Assembly: GCA_036374815.1 (NCBI GenBank)
Contig: DASUSZ010000232.1
Location: 1-55,667 of the forward strand
Direction of reading: 5' to 3'
Source: Vicinamibacterales bacterium
Lineage (GTDB): Bacteria > Acidobacteriota > Vicinamibacteria > Vicinamibacterales > UBA2999
DNA length: 55,667 nucleotides
In this document: one piece after another, positions 46,223 to 54,123 of the stretch
Numbering within the stretch: the first letter of the stretch is position 1
Layout of the letters: each line of letters starts with the position of its first letter
Translations under genes and position numbers: made by a program
The notes under the pieces: generated by a model
What the model was told of the DNA's origin: nothing
Seen by the model: the letters and a program-made list of their open reading frames with translations, nothing else
The model's database searches: none

Positions 46223-47485
46223 ATGTCGACCAACATCGTCGTCCCCGAACTTGGTGAGTCCGTCGTCGAAGCGCGCGTCGCGAAGTGGTTGAAGAAGCAG
46301 GGCGACAGCGTCACCGCCGGCGAGGCGCTGGTCGAGCTCGAGACCGAAAAGATCGATCTCGAAGTCAGCGCCGATCGCGCCGGCGTGCTCGCGAACATCA
46401 AGCACCAGGAAGGCGCGGACGTGAAGGTCGGAGAGGTGCTCGCCGTTCTGGAAGAGAGCACAAACGGCGCCACGCCGGCTGCGCCGGCGGTTCCAGAGGT
46501 TCCAAAGGTTCCAGAGGTTCCAAGGGTTCCAGCGGTTGCAAAAGGTCACGTTCAAGGTTCGGCGGAGAAGAAAGCGACGCCGACTGCGAAGAACGTTGCT
46601 AAAGCTCACGACGTGAGCCTGGATTCGGTCGAGACGTCGGGCAACCGGGTGACCAAGGGTGACGTGCTCAAGGCCGCTTCGCCCCAAGCGCCAAGCCCCA
46701 AGCCCGATGCGCCGGCGCCAGCCGCAAGCCCGCAAGCCCGTAGCCCGCAAGCCCGTCCCGTGAGCCCGCACGCCCGATCCGGCGAGCGCAGCGAGCGCCG
46801 CGAGCGCATGACCAAGCGCCGCGCGACGATCGCGCGACGATTGGTCGAAGCGCAGCAAACCGCGGCGATGCTGACCACCTTCAACGAGGTGGACATGTCG
46901 TCGGTGATGCAGCTGCGCGAACGGCGCAAGGAAGCCTTCACCAAGAAGTTCGGCGTCAGCGTCGGCATCGCGTCGTTCTTCGTGAAGGCCGCGATTGGCG
47001 CGCTGAAGGCATTCCCGCAGATCAACGCCGAAATTCAGGGCGACGAGATCGTCTACAAGGACTACTACGACATCGGCATGGCGGTCGGCGCCGAGGGCGG
47101 CCTGGTCGTGCCGGTGATTCGCGATGCCGATCGCATGGGCTTCGCCGACATCGAGCTGTCGATCCGCGACTTCGCGAAGCGCGCGCAGGACGGCACGTTG
47201 ACGCTCGAGGATCTGAAGGGCGGCACGTTCACGATCACCAACGGCGGCGTGTTCGGGTCGTTGATGAGCACGCCGATCCTCAACCCGCCGCAGGTCGGCA
47301 TTCTGGGTCTTCACAAGATCGCCGAGCGTCCGGTCGCGATCAACGGCCAGGTGGTGATCCGGCCGATGATGTATCTCGCGCTCAGCTACGATCACCGCAT
47401 CGTCGATGGCCGCGAGGCGGTGCAGTTCCTCGTCAAGATCAAGGACTACATCGAGGATCCGGCCTGGATGCTGCTCGAAGGCTGA
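46223..47485 (+). CDS. sucB: 2-oxoglutarate dehydrogenase E2 dihydrolipoyllysine-residue succinyltransferase
   Basis: Lipoyl domain ([13 protein letters not shown]), repeat-built linkers and catalytic [10 protein letters not shown]. It lies directly downstream of sucA. Confidence 0.95.
   Translation: MSTNIVVPELGESVVEARVAKWLKKQGDSVTAGEALVELETEKIDLEVSADRAGVLANIKHQEGADVKVGEVLAVLEESTNGATPAAPAVPEVPKVPEVPRVPAVAKGHVQGSAEKKATPTAKNVAKAHDVSLDSVETSGNRVTKGDVLKAASPQAPSPKPDAPAPAASPQARSPQARPVSPHARSGERSERRERMTKRRATIARRLVEAQQTAAMLTTFNEVDMSSVMQLRERRKEAFTKKFGVSVGIASFFVKAAIGALKAFPQINAEIQGDEIVYKDYYDIGMAVGAEGGLVVPVIRDADRMGFADIELSIRDFAKRAQDGTLTLEDLKGGTFTITNGGVFGSLMSTPILNPPQVGILGLHKIAERPVAINGQVVIRPMMYLALSYDHRIVDGREAVQFLVKIKDYIEDPAWMLLEG
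46489..46542. repeat. 6 x 9-bp tandem repeat GGTTCCARR inside the first sucB linker (encodes [16 protein letters not shown])
   Basis: GGTTCCA cores at 46489, 46498, 46507, 46516 and 46525, with a degenerate copy at 46534. Confidence 0.85.
46721..46760. repeat. about 5 units of the 8-bp repeat CCCGCAAG / CCCGTAG inside the second sucB linker (encodes [14 protein letters not shown])
   Basis: Units are gccgcaag, cccgcaag, cccgtag, cccgcaag and cccgtccc. The unit is nearly identical to the intergenic array at 21581-21612. Confidence 0.75.
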
Positions 47486-48183
47486 GCAAGCGCGCGGAAT
47501 ACGATCAGGTGCCCGGCCCACGCGGCCAGCACCATCACCGCCGGCAGCAGCGTGTACGGCATCCAGGTGACCCAGACGTTGAGACGATCGGGCCCGAAGT
47601 AGGCGAACACCGGCGTGGACAGAATCGCCACGCCGACGATGTTCGCCAGCAGGATCGTGCCGATCACGTTCCACGCCATCACGATCCATCGCGGCACTCG
47701 CGTCGCCATCATCGTCACGCCCAGCGCGAGCGCGGTCGCGCCCGTGAAGATGTCGAAGTTCATGCCTGAGTAGCTCATTTGCACCGGCATCAACCCTTCT
47801 TCATGGGCGCGGTGCATGGCAAGCTCCAGCGGCAGCCGGAACGACTGAAACAGCACCAGCGATGCGAGCGTCGCGCCGCGCGCCAGCCGGTCGCCGACGC
47901 GCGAGCGCGCGATCGTCACACCGAGCACGACGATCGCCACCACCATGATCGCGAACGGCAGCGGCGGACCATCGCGCGGCAGCAGCAGGCCGGCAAAGGC
48001 AGCGGCGCTGACGATCGCGATCCAAGTCAGCGCGCCGGCCAGGAATCGCCGCTGGAGCGAGGCGGTTTGGCGGGGCGAGTCGCCCACCGACGCCGATGCG
48101 CGCCGCACCAACATCGCCGCGCCGGCAACAATGGCGAGGGCGAGCACGTAAAAGCACGCCTGCAGGAAGGTCGAGCCCGGCAT
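47446..48183 (-). CDS. hypothetical polytopic membrane protein
   Basis: The start at 48183 gives [26 protein letters not shown], followed by 6-7 hydrophobic segments. Its 3' end overlaps sucB by 40 nt (convergent). Confidence 0.5.
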   Translation of the reverse strand: MPGSTFLQACFYVLALAIVAGAAMLVRRASASVGDSPRQTASLQRRFLAGALTWIAIVSAAAFAGLLLPRDGPPLPFAIMVVAIVVLGVTIARSRVGDRLARGATLASLVLFQSFRLPLELAMHRAHEEGLMPVQMSYSGMNFDIFTGATALALGVTMMATRVPRWIVMAWNVIGTILLANIVGVAILSTPVFAYFGPDRLNVWVTWMPYTLLPAVMVLAAWAGHLIVFRALAQPSSSIQAGSSM

Positions 48184-48218
48184 GATGCGAATGTCCACGG
48201 TGGTATCGTATCCAGCGG

Positions 48219-48980
48219 ATGCCCCGCACTCCATCTCCGCGACAGCTCAAGGACATGATCGCGGAGCGCGAAGCGTCGCGCGGCCTGCTGATCGCGTTCG
48301 AAGGCCCCGACGGATCCGGCAAGACGACGCAACGCAAGCTGTTGAAGCGGTGGCTCGAAAGCCGCAATCACCAGGTCGTCTCGACACGGTGGGCGTCGTC
48401 CACGCTGGTCAAGCCGATGCTCAAGGTGCGGAAGAAGATCCGCACGCTCTCGGTCGAGGAATATTCGCTGCTGCACGCGGTCGATTTCCGGCACCGCGTC
48501 GAGACGTCGATCCTGCCGGCGCTCTGGGCCGGCAAGACCGTGCTCGCCGATCGCTACCTGTTCACCGCGCTGGCGCGCGACGCGGCGCGAGGGCTCGACC
48601 TCGACTGGCTGCTGCACGCCTACTCGCCGCTGCTGTGGCCAGATCTCGTCATTTATTTTTCAATGACGCCCGAGGATTCACGGCGGCGCATCGCCTCGAC
48701 GCGCGCGCCGCGGTTTTACGAGGCCGGGCAGGACGTCACCGGCATCGAGGATCCGCTGGCGAGCTACGGCCGCTTCATCGATCGCGTCGTCACGGAGTAC
48801 GACAATTTGTCGGTGGTGTTCCAGTTCGTCACCGTCGATGCCGGCGATGCGGTCTACCGGCAGCACACCCGCGTGCGCGAGCTCGTCGAGAAGGCCGGCA
48901 GGCGCCCGTGGACCGAGTTCAGCAAGGACGCCGTCGCAGAATGGCTGACCAAGTCAAAAGCAAATATCCCGGACGCCTGA
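48219..48980 (+). CDS. thymidylate kinase-like P-loop kinase (divergent)
   Basis: LLIAFEGPDGSGKTT P-loop, ADRYLFT (DRY/F-like) and the PDLVIYF lid-proximal block. The usual EPGGT and AYQ blocks are not recognisable. The start may be the internal ATG at 48255. Confidence 0.65.
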   Translation: MPRTPSPRQLKDMIAEREASRGLLIAFEGPDGSGKTTQRKLLKRWLESRNHQVVSTRWASSTLVKPMLKVRKKIRTLSVEEYSLLHAVDFRHRVETSILPALWAGKTVLADRYLFTALARDAARGLDLDWLLHAYSPLLWPDLVIYFSMTPEDSRRRIASTRAPRFYEAGQDVTGIEDPLASYGRFIDRVVTEYDNLSVVFQFVTVDAGDAVYRQHTRVRELVEKAGRRPWTEFSKDAVAEWLTKSKANIPDA

Positions 48981-49615
48981 TCGCGATCGACGGCACGCGC
49001 GGCAAGGACGTCGCGCTCGCCGCGAGCGACATCGTCGCGAAGCTGAAGGAGCACGGCGTCGAGTGCGCGGTCAGCCGGTGGGATGCATCAGGCCTGTTCA
49101 CCGATCTTGCCGCGGGCGCGAGGACCGCGCGCGACGTGTCGATTCGATCGTTGTCGCTCGTCTACGCAGCGGATCTGGCGTTCCGGATGCGATGGGAAAT
49201 CCGGCCCGTGCTCGAGGCCGGCGGCGTCGTCGTCGCCGCGCCGTACGTCGACACCGCAGCCGCGTTCGGCGCGATCTGCGGGCTCGACGAGGACTGGCTG
49301 CGCGAGCTGATGCGATTCGCGCCGCCGCCGAATTACCGCGGCGTGGTCGACGAACGGAAGATCAACCGGCCCTGGAAGCGGCGCTTCGATCGCGGCTATG
49401 CGGAATACGGCGCGATGATGCTCGGGGACGCGGCGCCGAAGCGCGCCTCGAAGGCGGCGCGGCGAAAGATGATGGCGATGCTCGAGCGCGCGCGCGGCCG
49501 CACGGTCTTTCACCTCACCAACAAGGGCATCGGCGCATTGGCGAAAGCGCTTACTGACAGCCGGACGGCCGCGGCGCGCCGGTCTGTTTCGCGACCTCGC
49601 AGCGGACGTAAGTAA
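48941..49615 (+). CDS. thymidylate kinase-like paralogue with degenerate P-loop (IAIDGTRGKDV)
   Basis: The ATG at 48941 overlaps the upstream Tmk-like gene by 40 nt. RLIAIDGTRGKDV sits where FEGxDGxGK[ST]T is expected, and the spacing of AAPYVD matches ADRY. Its 3' end overlaps the convergent CotH gene by 65 nt. Confidence 0.45.
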   Translation: MADQVKSKYPGRLIAIDGTRGKDVALAASDIVAKLKEHGVECAVSRWDASGLFTDLAAGARTARDVSIRSLSLVYAADLAFRMRWEIRPVLEAGGVVVAAPYVDTAAAFGAICGLDEDWLRELMRFAPPPNYRGVVDERKINRPWKRRFDRGYAEYGAMMLGDAAPKRASKAARRKMMAMLERARGRTVFHLTNKGIGALAKALTDSRTAAARRSVSRPRSGRK

Positions 49616-50780
49616 TGCGCGCCTGCGGAAACGCCAGCAGCGTTTCGCGCGCCGCCGTGTAGTCGGCGTTCGAATACGGCTTCAGCGCATCGGCCAGCAT
49701 CGCGTCGTTGATCATGTCGAGCTGACGCTGCATTTCCTGGCGCAGCCAGTCGGACGCTGAATCGGCCGCCTCCGAGAGGAAACTGAAATACTGCGATTGG
49801 TAGGCGGGCAGCTCCAGCGTCTTGCGCGTCAGCACGTTCTCTTCGTTCCGCGTCGTGATGCCGTAGTCCGGCTGCAGGAACGCGTTGTCCTCGTCCCAGG
49901 CGATGAACACGTGGCTCTGGCTGTTCTCGAGCCGGTAGAAGTAGAAGTTGTTCATCCCGTCGTAGCCATTGAAGCCGTCGTTCTGCGCCACGAAGTTCTG
50001 CGCCGCGATGTAGCGCACGAACGCGCCCAGGTCGAGCCGCGGTCCAACGGTTGCTTCGAACGAAGATGACGGCGTGTCGTTGACCAGCCGCACCAGTTCT
50101 TCGATCGGCCCCCAGATCACCGATTCGGCGTGGCTTTCGTTGGTCTTGATGTCGAAGCGCGCCTTGTACGGCGTCAGCGCCGCGCCTTCATAGCCGAACC
50201 GCCACGGGCTGCCGAGCACGTAGTTGTATTCGAACAGGTAGCCGTCGTTCTGGATGTCGTCGCCGATGCTGCCGAACACCCGGCCCATCATGGTCTTGTC
50301 GACCGACTCGACGAGGCCGTAAAGACCCGCGTACTCGCCGTTGATGTAGAGCCGCGCGTGCGTCTCGCGCGGCGCCGGAATGCCGAGGCGCGCGAAGAAC
50401 CGCATCGTGACCGTTTCCTTGACGCCGGTCTGGTCCTGCGTCAGGTTGTCGAGCACGAACGACTTGAGGCCGAGGAACTGCTGGCCGCTCGAATAGCGAT
50501 CGAAATCGACACGCAGGCCCGGCTTGGTACTGCTGCGCGAGCCCAGCCCGCGTGAGCGGATGCCGACGTTGCGAACGGTGATGCCGTTCCAGGTGACGTC
50601 GGCCGGGTAATAGGTGTTCTCCTGGAACGCCGCCTTCAGCTTGGCCCAGTCGGACGAGTTCAACCACAGGTCGATTCGCTGCAGCACGTCGGGATTGAAG
50701 AAGTCATCCGACGTCTGCGCGAATGCGGAGCCGGCAATCCCGATCGCGACGACGGCGGCGACGAGCGTTCGCGGCACCAT
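49551..50780 (-). CDS. CotH kinase family protein, secreted
   Basis: Signal peptide followed by the typical CotH N-terminal pattern (DLWLNSSDWAKL ... YYPADVTWNG ... NVGIRSRG ... KPGLRVDFDRY). Confidence 0.85.
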   Translation of the reverse strand: MVPRTLVAAVVAIGIAGSAFAQTSDDFFNPDVLQRIDLWLNSSDWAKLKAAFQENTYYPADVTWNGITVRNVGIRSRGLGSRSSTKPGLRVDFDRYSSGQQFLGLKSFVLDNLTQDQTGVKETVTMRFFARLGIPAPRETHARLYINGEYAGLYGLVESVDKTMMGRVFGSIGDDIQNDGYLFEYNYVLGSPWRFGYEGAALTPYKARFDIKTNESHAESVIWGPIEELVRLVNDTPSSSFEATVGPRLDLGAFVRYIAAQNFVAQNDGFNGYDGMNNFYFYRLENSQSHVFIAWDEDNAFLQPDYGITTRNEENVLTRKTLELPAYQSQYFSFLSEAADSASDWLRQEMQRQLDMINDAMLADALKPYSNADYTAARETLLAFPQARITYVRCEVAKQTGAPRPSGCQ

Positions 50781-50788
50781 GGATTCAA

Positions 50789-52069
50789 TCAGAACACAAT
50801 ATTCAGCCGAACCAAGCCCGACCAGTACGAGGTGGTGCCGACGATCGGCGTGCGCGCGGGATCTTCGATGTCCTCGTGGATCGCGTTGAGGATCACGCGC
50901 GTCCAGCGGCTGGTCATCCAGTTGACGCCGGCGGTGAACACGGTGTTGCTGTTCGGCGTCAGGAACTCAGAACGCGGATTGGTGAACGACGTGCCTTCCT
51001 TGCTGACGCTTTCGAAGCCAAGCCGTTCGTAGCGAACCGCGAGTTCGATCGCGCCGGGCCCGCCCTTGTGCAGCGGCCGGCGCGGGTTGACGTTGTTGTC
51101 TTTATCCTCTCCCGTCAGGAACCAGGTGCCGGCCACGTACCATGCGGTGCCGACGAAGTCGGAGAGATCGGCGTCGCGGTTGCTCTGTTCCTTGCGCTGC
51201 TCGCGCGACTGCAGCCATTCCGCCTTGAGCGACGCCGGACCCGGCGTCCATTCGAACTGCGCGCCGAAGCGTTGACGCCGGCCCTTCACGTAGACGCGCT
51301 CGAAGAAGTCCTCGGTCCCCCAGAACGATTCGCCGCGCAGGCTGTTGAGGCCCTCGGGTATCTGCGAATTCGTGTACGCGACGCCGATGTTGGCGCTCTG
51401 CAGGCGGCCGACCCCGGGCACGAGCCGGAGCAGATCGCCCGTCACGCGGAAGGCGATCGACGGCCCGACACCTTCGAGGTCCTCGCCTTCGCGGGCGAAC
51501 TGCGGCTCGTTCGACTCGCCGTTGTCACCGTCGTCATCGAACATGCCGGCTTCGTAGGTAAGGCGGCCGATTTCACCAAACGCCATCACGCCGCGATCGC
51601 GGCCCGGCGCGATCGCCGTCGACCCGAGCGCGCGATACGCGAAATCCAGGTCGCTGACGCCGGTCGTCTGCTCGAGGCCAAACGGCATCTTGAAGCGGCC
51701 GCCGATGACGCGCACCCTGTCGAACGTGCGCCATTCCAGGTAGACGTCCTTCCACTGGCCGAACTGCACCTTGCCGCTGCCGTCTTCCTGCTCGACCTCT
51801 TCGATCTCGCGCTCGATCTCCCAATCGAAATGGCGGGTCAGCTCACCCTGCAATCCGATGCGCGCCGTGCGCAGGTTGAACATGTCCTCGCCAATCTCGG
51901 GGTCGAACGTGCGCCATTCGGTCAAGACGCGGCCTTTGATGTCGACGGTGAGGTCGTCGCCGAAGACAATCCGCGGCCGGTCGTTCCACACGATGCCCTT
52001 TTCGTCCTGCGCGGCCGCGGGCGCGGCGGCGAAGGCGATCAGGAGTGCCACGATCAGGGGTCGATTCAT
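50789..52069 (-). CDS. phosphate-selective porin O/P (OprO/OprP)-like outer-membrane porin
   Basis: Signal peptide MNRPLIVALLIAFAAAPAAAQ, alternating beta-strand pattern, an RIGLQGEL-type block and a C-terminal aromatic residue (LNIVF). Confidence 0.65.
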   Translation of the reverse strand: MNRPLIVALLIAFAAAPAAAQDEKGIVWNDRPRIVFGDDLTVDIKGRVLTEWRTFDPEIGEDMFNLRTARIGLQGELTRHFDWEIEREIEEVEQEDGSGKVQFGQWKDVYLEWRTFDRVRVIGGRFKMPFGLEQTTGVSDLDFAYRALGSTAIAPGRDRGVMAFGEIGRLTYEAGMFDDDGDNGESNEPQFAREGEDLEGVGPSIAFRVTGDLLRLVPGVGRLQSANIGVAYTNSQIPEGLNSLRGESFWGTEDFFERVYVKGRRQRFGAQFEWTPGPASLKAEWLQSREQRKEQSNRDADLSDFVGTAWYVAGTWFLTGEDKDNNVNPRRPLHKGGPGAIELAVRYERLGFESVSKEGTSFTNPRSEFLTPNSNTVFTAGVNWMTSRWTRVILNAIHEDIEDPARTPIVGTTSYWSGLVRLNIVF

Positions 52070-52980
52070 GCGGTTCGGTCTCCGGGCAGGCGTGTCGCCG
52101 CGGCGCCGGCCTTCACGCTCAATTCTTGATACGACATATTCAGCTGTTTGACCAGCGCGGGCTCGTGAATGACGACCGAGACCTCGCGGCGGAAATCGAG
52201 GCTCAACGTCGACAGCGCCGTGCTGCCCAGCACCGCGCGCGACTCGTCGATGATCATCATCTTGCCGTGCGGCAGCAGGCCGCCCATCGGCTGCTTCCCC
52301 AGCACGGAGACGGTGATGCCCTCGGCGCGGCGATCGCGCAGCAGCGCGACGACGTCGGGGTCTGAAAGCTTGTGATCGAGGATGCGGATGCTGTGCTTCG
52401 CGCTCTCGATCAGCGCGCGGATGTCGCGGCGCGATCGCTCGGGCCCGACGATCAGCCGCCGGCCGACCGGCCGGCGCGGCGGCAGCGGCACGCCTGCCGC
52501 GTCGGCCTTGAACAGCGTCAACAGCCCTTTCACCACCGACGGATCAGGAGTGATCAGCACCGCGTCCCACGTCCGCGTGAAGCACTTGCGCGTCGGGTTG
52601 AGCGTCGTGATGATCGCCGTCGCGTCGTCGGCGACGAGATACTTGGCGTGATACTTCACGACCGGATCGGCGTAGCGCGTCACGACCGCGCCCATTTCCT
52701 CGAGCGCGCCCCACAACTTCTTGAGCCGCTTCTTGCCGCCTTTGGCGCGCTTGGTCAGGATCGCTTCGACTTCGCAGCCGCGTTCGAGCGCGGCGGCCAG
52801 CGCATCGAGCACCGAAAAATCATCGCAGCGGAACAACGACAGGATCAGCCGCTTCTTCGCGGCCCCGATCACGCCGAGGAGGGCCGCTTTACGTTCCGCC
52901 GGATCGAGGACGAGGCGCTCGCCGGCTTTCCCGGCGCGCGCACCTTTGCTAACTCCTTTTCGGCGGCGACCAGGAGACAT
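52066..52980 (-). CDS. phospholipase D superfamily protein with two HKD motifs
   Basis: HxK motifs YHAKYLVADD and PHGKMMIIDE, each followed by a G(S/T)xN-like segment. A 4-nt overlap links it to the downstream porin gene. Confidence 0.85.
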   Translation of the reverse strand: MSPGRRRKGVSKGARAGKAGERLVLDPAERKAALLGVIGAAKKRLILSLFRCDDFSVLDALAAALERGCEVEAILTKRAKGGKKRLKKLWGALEEMGAVVTRYADPVVKYHAKYLVADDATAIITTLNPTRKCFTRTWDAVLITPDPSVVKGLLTLFKADAAGVPLPPRRPVGRRLIVGPERSRRDIRALIESAKHSIRILDHKLSDPDVVALLRDRRAEGITVSVLGKQPMGGLLPHGKMMIIDESRAVLGSTALSTLSLDFRREVSVVIHEPALVKQLNMSYQELSVKAGAAATRLPGDRTA

Positions 52981-54073
52981 TCTTGATGCCCTTCTTGCCT
53001 TCGCCCATCAGCTGCGCGCTCAAGTCTTCGAGCGAATCGGTCGGCTTGAGCGTCGTCAGGTATTTCGCAGTGGCTTCATCGCCCTGCGAAACTTCGCGCG
53101 GCTCGAACAGGATGCCGTTCACCGCGAACACGTGATGGACGTGGGCCATCGGAAAGTCGCGCTCTTCGGCCACGATCTCGACCATCATCTGGCGCGGACG
53201 CTCGGAGCTGAACACGTTCAGGATCGGGATCATCGCGCACAGGAACAACGTGCCGAGCCCGGCGACCGCGAGTGCGCCCAGGCCCGCCGCCATGCCAAGG
53301 CCCATCAGGATGAAGAGAATCGTGATGTCGCGCGCGTCTTCGACCGGCGTGCGAAAGCGGATGATGCTGGCGGCGCCGGCAATGCCGAAGGCGCGCGCCA
53401 CCGAGTTGCCGATGATGATCATCATGATCGCGCCCGAGATGCACAGCAGCACCTGCGCCTGATCGAGCGCCGGGTTGTAGGTGCGCTCGTGGCGATACTG
53501 GCGATGCACGATGGTGACGAGCATGCCGATCACCGCCGAGGCAACCAGCTTGGCGAGCTCGAACAACGGGTTCGACAGAATCAGCGGGCTTGACGGCGCG
53601 TCGGTCACGCCGGGGATCACTCCGGGCGCGGCCGATTCCGGCAGGCCGAGGCCGGGCCAGTTGACGCCAACGCCCACCAGCGCGCCGCCGACGATCGCGA
53701 CGGCGATGCCGGTCCACACCCGATCCCACGCGATCGTCTTCGTCTTCGCCTCGACCAGCGTGTCGACAACTTCGAGCACGCGCGTCAGCAGCGACAGCTC
53801 GAGCAGCTCCCTGACCCGGGGATTCGGCGACACCAGCGTGAAGCGGCGATTCAGGCGCTGCGCCGAGGTGTGGCCGCGCACCAGCGCGCGGATACCGGCG
53901 CTGTCCGCGGTCGGCACCCCGCGCAGGTCGATGACGACGTGCGCATACCCCGACTTGAAGACCTCCTGGATCCGGCGCTCGAGCTCCTCGGCGGGACCAC
54001 CGGCCACCAGCGCTTCCTGGGGCGAGAGAAGAAAACGATCGGCCTTGCTGCCCTTCTCGGACGCGGTCGGCAT
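52949..54073 (-). CDS. STAS domain fused to a DUF4956-type membrane domain
   Basis: The N-terminus (HVVIDLRGVPTADSAGIRALV ... FTLVSPNPRVRELLELS) is STAS-like. The C-terminal membrane region (GIAGAASIIRFRTPVEDARDITILFILMGLGMAAG) matches the DUF4956 signature as I recall it. Confidence 0.65.
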   Translation of the reverse strand: MPTASEKGSKADRFLLSPQEALVAGGPAEELERRIQEVFKSGYAHVVIDLRGVPTADSAGIRALVRGHTSAQRLNRRFTLVSPNPRVRELLELSLLTRVLEVVDTLVEAKTKTIAWDRVWTGIAVAIVGGALVGVGVNWPGLGLPESAAPGVIPGVTDAPSSPLILSNPLFELAKLVASAVIGMLVTIVHRQYRHERTYNPALDQAQVLLCISGAIMMIIIGNSVARAFGIAGAASIIRFRTPVEDARDITILFILMGLGMAAGLGALAVAGLGTLFLCAMIPILNVFSSERPRQMMVEIVAEERDFPMAHVHHVFAVNGILFEPREVSQGDEATAKYLTTLKPTDSLEDLSAQLMGEGKKGIKNVSWSPPKRS

Positions 54074-54123
54074 TGGACGAGTGGCGAAACGGTACCACGT
54101 ATGCTAAAGCTGGGCAAAGGTTG

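Noticed and set aside
52066-52980. The PLD gene as the drmC (PLD nuclease) component of a DISARM system together with the helicase-MTase pair
   Set aside because: It lies 16 kb away and on the opposite strand. It is translationally coupled within the STAS-DUF4956/porin/CotH operon. No DUF1998 or drmA gene lies in between.
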